Part shown: in pieces, positions 57,973-64,000 of the stretch
How the letters are laid out: every line of letters starts with the position of its first letter
How positions within the stretch are numbered: position 1 is the first letter of the stretch
Assembly (NCBI GenBank): GCA_049999805.1
Contig: JBNGIO010006345.1
Coordinates: 174,093-238,092, forward strand
DNA length: 64,000 nucleotides
Direction of reading: 5' to 3'
Origin: Folioceros fuciformis
Taxonomy: Eukaryota
Made by a program: the position numbers and the translations under genes
Notes under the pieces: generated by a model
What the model was told of the DNA's origin: nothing
Seen by the model: the letters and a program-made list of their open reading frames with translations, nothing else
Database searches by the model: none

Positions 57973-58399
57973 GAATACTCTCGGATTCGTTTTCCTTCAT
58001 TCATTTTCCCGCGACATCGTGTTAGTCAGGTCCCGGCCCCGGCTATACGGCTCAGGCACCACTTCAGCTGGCCGCAGGGCTCTCCGGGGGAGCATTAAAG
58101 CCTGCCTGCTGGCCGCCACTCACGGCTGTCTTCAAGATCGCAGCTGGCCAAGCTACCTCCGCCCTGCATTTCGGCTGCGCAGCTCCCAGCGCATCTCACA
58201 GTTCGGTCCCTCGACTGGACGGGACGCTGGGGTTCGGAGTTGCAATCCCCGTCTCCCCGGCGTGCTCTGGAATCTCGAGCAGGGATGAGCAGGCGGGAAG
58301 GCGTCACATTCGCTGCCCAATCCGGCAGCCTCCTGCTGCTGCTGCTGCTGGCCTGAGCTGGGGCAGCCTATTTCCCAGTAGCTCCTGGCGGCGGTGGGG

Positions 58400-59500
58400 A
58401 TGGGGAAATGGGAGGTGTGTTGTGTTGGGNNNNNNNNNNNNNNNNNNNNNNNNNNNNNNNNNNNNNNNNNNNNNNNNNNNNNNNNNNNNNNNNNNNNNNN
58501 NNNNNNNNNNNNNNNNNNNNNNNNNNNNNGGCGCCTCGGCCTGTTCTGTTTCCTGCTGGCTTGCCTGGTGGGCGGGGGGAGTGGAGCCGGCATTGTTCAT
58601 CCCCGAGGCAGGCGCGCGGCCAGCAACGAGGGCTCCAGTCCGCTGGTGCGGATGACCTACCACATGGGCCCTGTGCTCACGGGGGACATTCGAGTCTACA
58701 TTGTCTGGTACGGTATCTGGAAGGAGGCGGAGAAGAGGATCATCCGGGACTTCTTCGCCTCCGTCTCGGCCTCGGTTGCCTCGCCTTCGGTGGGTGGGTG
58801 GTGGAGCACGGCGCGACTGTACACGGACCAGACCGGCCGCAACATCAGCGGCTCGCTCCGGGTGGCCGGCGAGCTCAGCGACCGGCGCTATTCGCAGGGG
58901 AGATCGCTCACCAGGATCCAGGTGAACAACGTGATCAAAGCCGCGCTCGACGCCGGCCTGCCGGTGGACAGCGACTCCGGGGCCTACTTCGTCTTGTCGT
59001 CCACGGATGTGGTGATGCAGGACTTCTGCCGTGCCGTCTGCGGATTTCACTATTTCACATTCCCCTCCATCGTGGGCGCTACGCTGCCGTATGCCTGGGT
59101 GGGGAATTCCGAGAAGCAGTGCCCGGAATGGTGCGCTTTCCCCTTCGCTATTCCGCCTTTCATGCGGAATGTGGAGCCCAAGTTGCCACCCAATGGCCAC
59201 CTGGGCATTGACGCCATGATCAGCGTCATCGGGCATGAGCTGGCGGAGATGGCTTCCAATCCGCTGGCTAATGCGTGGTATGCCGGGGACGATGCCCGTG
59301 CGCCCAACGAGATTGCAGATCTCTGTGAGGGTATCTACGGGCCCGGAGGAGGTGCAGGGTACGCGGGCGAGGTGCTGCATACTCATGCCGGGGCCAGCTA
59401 CAACATGAAGGGTATCGGAAGGAGGAAGTACTTGGTGCAGTGGCTGTGGAGCCCCGTTCTCAATGCCTGTACCGGGCCCAATGCCAAGCTCACTCGCTGA
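58400..59500 (+). CDS. EXORDIUM-like / phosphate-responsive 1 (Phi-1) secreted protein; N-terminus crosses a 100-N gap
   Basis: MTYHMGPVLTG..YIVWYG, DFCRAVCGFHYFTFPSIVG.TLPYAWVGNS..QCPEWCAFPF, PPNG..GIDAMISVIGHELAEMASNPLANAWYAG. True start uncertain. Confidence 0.93.
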   Translation: MGKWEVCCVGXXXXXXXXXXXXXXXXXXXXXXXXXXXXXXXXXXRLGLFCFLLACLVGGGSGAGIVHPRGRRAASNEGSSPLVRMTYHMGPVLTGDIRVYIVWYGIWKEAEKRIIRDFFASVSASVASPSVGGWWSTARLYTDQTGRNISGSLRVAGELSDRRYSQGRSLTRIQVNNVIKAALDAGLPVDSDSGAYFVLSSTDVVMQDFCRAVCGFHYFTFPSIVGATLPYAWVGNSEKQCPEWCAFPFAIPPFMRNVEPKLPPNGHLGIDAMISVIGHELAEMASNPLANAWYAGDDARAPNEIADLCEGIYGPGGGAGYAGEVLHTHAGASYNMKGIGRRKYLVQWLWSPVLNACTGPNAKLTR

Positions 59501-59759
59501 TGCTTTCTCCATCTGCTGCCCTCTCTGTTTTCGAAAGTTTCCCTAGCCTCATTTCCTTCAATTTATTACTGGGACGGATTTTCTTCTGCGTCCGAGGATT
59601 CTTTTTGCTGCGCAGGCTTCACAGGGCCTGTCATCAGTTCGACTCGAATTTTGAGAGTCACATTCATCTGAGGCGATCCTCCTTCACATGCTTATTTCGG
59701 TGTCAGGGTCTTGCTAGGATAATTTACATCAGCTCATTTTGATGGGTCTTGACCGAGCA

Positions 59760-60012
59760 GTCTGCATCAGCTTGTGCTGCAGGGTGTTGCCAGGCAGGGT
59801 GTTGCCAGAGTGGTTTACATCAGCCTGTCTTGCTGGAGTAGTGCACATCAGCCTGTTTCTGTGGAGTAGTTCACTTCGGCCTGGTTTGTTGTAGTAGTTC
59901 ACGTCAGCCCGTTTTTGGTGGAGCTGTCCATATCTTCCCATTTCGCTGGAGTAGTTAAAATCAGTTTGTCTTGCTGGAGTTGCCCAAATCAGCCTACTTT
60001 GCCGGGTAGTTC
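59760..60012. repeat. Degenerate ~30-bp tandem repeat
   Basis: Recurring catcagcctgt(c/t)ttgctggagtagt(t/g)cac-like units. Confidence 0.65.
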
Positions 60013-63000
60013 GAATCATCTCATTTTGGTACGTCTTGGTAGAGTATGTGGCACACGGCCATGTTGCTGAGTTCTGCCTAGGCAGTTTGCATCATAACTT
60101 TCCCAACCCGGTTTGGAGTCGGGAGTACCTCGATGATGGAAATCGTATGTCGCAAGTCTGGTGCGCCTCGTTGGCTTGTTTATTCCCTGCCAACAAGCAC
60201 CAGCTTGACAATGCTTGGAACATGACCTTGTTCCTGAATCTTCGTTCATCTCAAATGAGGCGGCTGTTGCACGGAATGGTCCGGGATGATCTGTGGCTAC
60301 TACACCGTCGAGCACATTTGTCGGATGTTCGTTTCTGTGGGATGCTCCTCCCTCTGTCAAGGAGACTACCTCGTGCTGCAGTCTCCAACTCAGTCTCGGA
60401 ATGCAGGTGAATGTTAGAGATTCAACACAGGTGAATTTTAGAGATACAATCCTCTGCCACTTACTCTAGCATTTTAGGAAATTCATTAATATCAATGTTT
60501 AGTGACCGAGGGTCGCAAAAAGGCACGGTCCCTGCTGCTCGATCCGGGATCGAGCGTAGCCAGCCAGGCGGTCCCGGGGACTGAGTAGTACTCGGTCAAA
60601 ATGACACCCAGAGTTACTTCCATCCGCCAGCCCGGCGGCGCCGGGCCAGTCAGATGTACCCACCAAGTTGTCGGCTTTAGATGGGATAAACGGGGGAAGA
60701 TGATGCAATAAAGTGCAATGGGTGGTCCCACGTCCCAATGGCTGTCTGCACACTAAAACACTCCAGTGTGACAGATGACTTTATACCCAAGTGTACAAAC
60801 CGCTCGCAAATCCCAACAGAATATCTCTTGACCGTCCTATGGGAGGCCACTGTCCTACTTGAAATCCCTGTCTTTCCTTCAGATTCTGGCACGGTGAGAG
60901 AATGATAAGGAGGGCATGCACAGCTTGCAAGGTACTACCCCCCGTGCTTTCCGTGCTGCAGGTTGCAACAGTGCTGCGCAGGGACTCGAGTCATCAGTCA
61001 CCAGCCAGCCAGGGAAGGCCGGAAACTCTGTCAAGTACTCTGGAACTGGTACAGAGCATACAGAACGTGTCTGGCTCTCCTTTCCAGGCGAACTGGTCAT
61101 CACCTGTCCTCACTCCAGAACGGAATCATCACCAACACCTTCCAGCTTTCTGAAAGACGCAGGTCACCTGTTGCCAGCTCTCATCGCAGACTGCGAGAGG
61201 GCGTCATTGGTGTGGTACTTGTGCTCGGGAGTTCTCTAGTAGAAGGCGGACTTCATCACCTGGCTGGCACCCAGCCAGCTTCTGACTCGCTTCTCATCCT
61301 CTGGTAAGCAAGTATGGAAAGCCGCGGCAGCAGCAGTATCCGATTCTCGATTTGTGGTCAGGATCCGTTTGCTTTGTATGTGGTATTCCGGTGTGAGGTT
61401 TAAATCCACCTCGCTGTCATTCCCGAAGTAGCAAATCGGAAATGGCCAGCAGACAGTCAGCTCTGTCGCTAGCGAACTTCCTGGCAACGAGGAACTTGAC
61501 TGCCCTCAAGTACCTGCAAGCTGGCAATCAGATTCTTGCTAATTTCCTCTCTCTGGTACGTTCTGGGATGCCCCTTCAGCCTCTTCAGCAGCTGCTCCTA
61601 GTCAGGTCTCAGAGACAAGTTTACAGACGTAAAGGCGTGTAGTGTACTGCACTCAAAGTCTTTGATGTTTAGAGTAGGGGGCAATTATTGCTTCTCTAGA
61701 TAGCATTTGTGCGGATTCTCCACGCAGGGAGTGCGGAACTCCTTCCTGTTTAGTGTTTCTCCTCTGGATCATAAAACAAATGCGCGTCTGTTTGTGAGCA
61801 CGAAAACGTGTGAAAACTTCGTCCCAAAGAGTGAGAACTTCACCCCTGATCCCGTCGTCAACTTTAGCGCCCCTCCTCCATAGCCTCACTTGGGGACAGT
61901 ATCTCCCGGCGATACACATTTTCGATTCCGGAGCTGCAACTGGAGTGGAGGTGTCATCTCTGAAGGCTAATGCGGTTGGATGCATGACTCACGAAGGCTC
62001 ATCTCCACGGAGTTAAAATTGGATGCAGCCAGAGTGTTGCAGATACGCCTGAACCCGGAGGAAGGAGTGCAGCTTTCTAATAGGAGAGACAGGTGTTCAT
62101 TCAGAGGGTCATCCAGAAAAGTCACTGCTAGGAACCGCCTTTCTGCTGGGATCGGTGAAGAGCGCTGTGCCTCGTCCCCTAGCCTTTGAGGGAATTCCTC
62201 CTTTTAGTGAAGCAACAAGCAGCTGAGCAAGACTTGCCCTGCAAATCGCGTGTTTCAACACCAGTCTGTGAGACCCTCAGAGTGCCTTTCGCGGTCGCCG
62301 CAGAACCTAACAACCGAGTCATATCCAGTCCCGAGCCCTTTCCGAACTTCATGAATAGTACTGTATGTACTTGGGCCTGGGGGACAGACTGAGCTAAAAG
62401 CCTTAAGCATGGCCGTGCTTTTGTCCTATCCTCTCCCTTCTTGGGTGCTGTTCTGCGGTACTGTGAATGAACTGCGTGTTCCGTGTCCATCGGCATGAAC
62501 TCAAATCATTGATGTCCTCGCCACCTGATTAGCTAAAGGTGCCATAGCCAGAAGCTGCAACCAAGGGACAAGGGAAAGGCTACCGAAAGAACAGGTCTGC
62601 ACCCTGTCGTGGGCTCACATGTTAAACGAAGAAAGTAGTTCTTATTTGCTAGTTCCTTAGCATGCGTTCGGCCATTCCAATCGGAGCATCAATGCTGTCG
62701 TCGAAAGAATTTCCTGGCGCACACATGAACCCCACCCCTCTTTGTACTGCAGAAATATGAAAAGTTCCCAGCACGCCTCCTTCGTGGTGTAGGTTTTAGG
62801 ATGGGATCCTCCAGCTTGCTGCTAATCTACAGGCGTCAGAGTAAAGGGTTTTGTGCCGTTTCGATCCTCTACGGCAAGGACAGTGGCGAAGCGTTGCTCC
62901 TCGGGGTAGCAGGACTAAAAGGATCGTAACAGGGCACCTTGAATTTCGGCCAATATTAATTGTCCTACACAAACCAGAGTACGTGCCTTCGCACCAGAAC

Positions 63001-64000
63001 CACGAACTGTGACCCCACACTGAACTGAAGAGGTTGAACAAGAGGGCGCGCCCCCACTGAAACGCACGTTCTCTTACGCAGTGTGCTCGCAGGCCGGCGT
63101 CGAGCCTGTGAGGTTGTCATCATCGGAGTCCGATGGGCGGGTTTCCACGAGCTTGAAAGAATTAGTTGACCACGCAGCCAACTCTACTTGTCTCTAGCTG
63201 CTCATCAGAACTTCTCTCAACTGCTCATCAGAACAAGTCCGAGTCAAGATGGGAAAGCGGAATGGGTAAGCGGTGACAGAGGCGACAATTCTTGCCTGGG
63301 CAACCGACCGCATCAGACCAGAACACAATTCACGGATAATCCCACCGTGAAGCATTGGCGATTAGGCATGACCAAAAGTTCAAACGAAGAAGGATCCTGA
63401 ATAAGGAAGGGAGCTCCACAGGCTCAAACCTACCTCTGTTGGCTCCAAAAAGTGGTCCTGACACGCTTCATGATTTTCCTTTAAATTGGTAATCGTGACC
63501 AGTTCTGGCTACCCGACTCCATCCATTTTGCTTTGGGATGCTGAAGCGATTTTGTTTTCGTCAACAGAGTCCATACAAGCTTACGACAATCGCAAGGCGA
63601 GAGCGTACTTTCTCTCAATTTACGTATGACGCCAACACATATCGAGCCCCCGTACAGGCTTGGAAGTTGTTGCTCTGAGAGGGTTTCTTATCAGTTCGAG
63701 AGACGCTCAGAAGGCATCTTGTCTGAAGCTGCAGAGACGTAGTGGCCTTTCCAGCAATGCCAGAATTGCTGTCCCGTGGACAGCTTGCATCCGAGCAAGT
63801 CCCTTTTTCACTGATGGAGCGTAGAGTAATTAAATGGCAAGATAAGCCAGGGGAAGTGAGATAGGCCAGGAAATGAATGTGCTGGTGACTGAAGCAAACA
63901 TTTTGTCCCATCAGATCATCAGACACAAGGCACTAAAATTGTCACCATGAAGATAAGGGCATGACCAGGACATCAAAAAAGGAAGGATTCGTCACAAGCT

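Noticed and set aside
58304-59512. 402-aa antisense ORF over the EXORDIUM-like gene, and similar shadow ORFs over other genes
   Set aside because: Expected from GC-rich codon usage on the opposite strand; no independent motifs.

Overview
Eukaryotic nuclear DNA from a gene-dense land plant with short GT-AG introns. PLS-type PPR style and gene content suggest a non-seed plant such as a lycophyte or bryophyte (inference). Apparently intact genes: USP39/SAD1, ureide permease, a ~9-kb intronless spatacsin (SPG11), CAAX prenyl protease STE24/FACE1, a JTB-like membrane protein, a LysM protein, RPL32, a nuclear group II intron maturase (nMAT1/2-type) with a degenerate RT active site, SAM50/Omp85, a double-domain trihelix factor and an EXORDIUM-like protein. 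Disrupted genes: a methylesterase and a PPR/SPG11 chimeric inverted copy. The intergenic blocks hold nested transposon relics. These include several copies of a non-LTR retrotransposon with a restriction-like endonuclease (CRE/R2-group-like), one carrying a Ty1/copia fragment with a 5x in-frame RT motif repeat. There is also a solo LTR with a TSD, a MULE with recognisable TIRs and several minisatellites. No CRISPR array, rRNA or tRNA was recognised. Three N gaps: 5792-5801, 54950-54959, 58430-58529.
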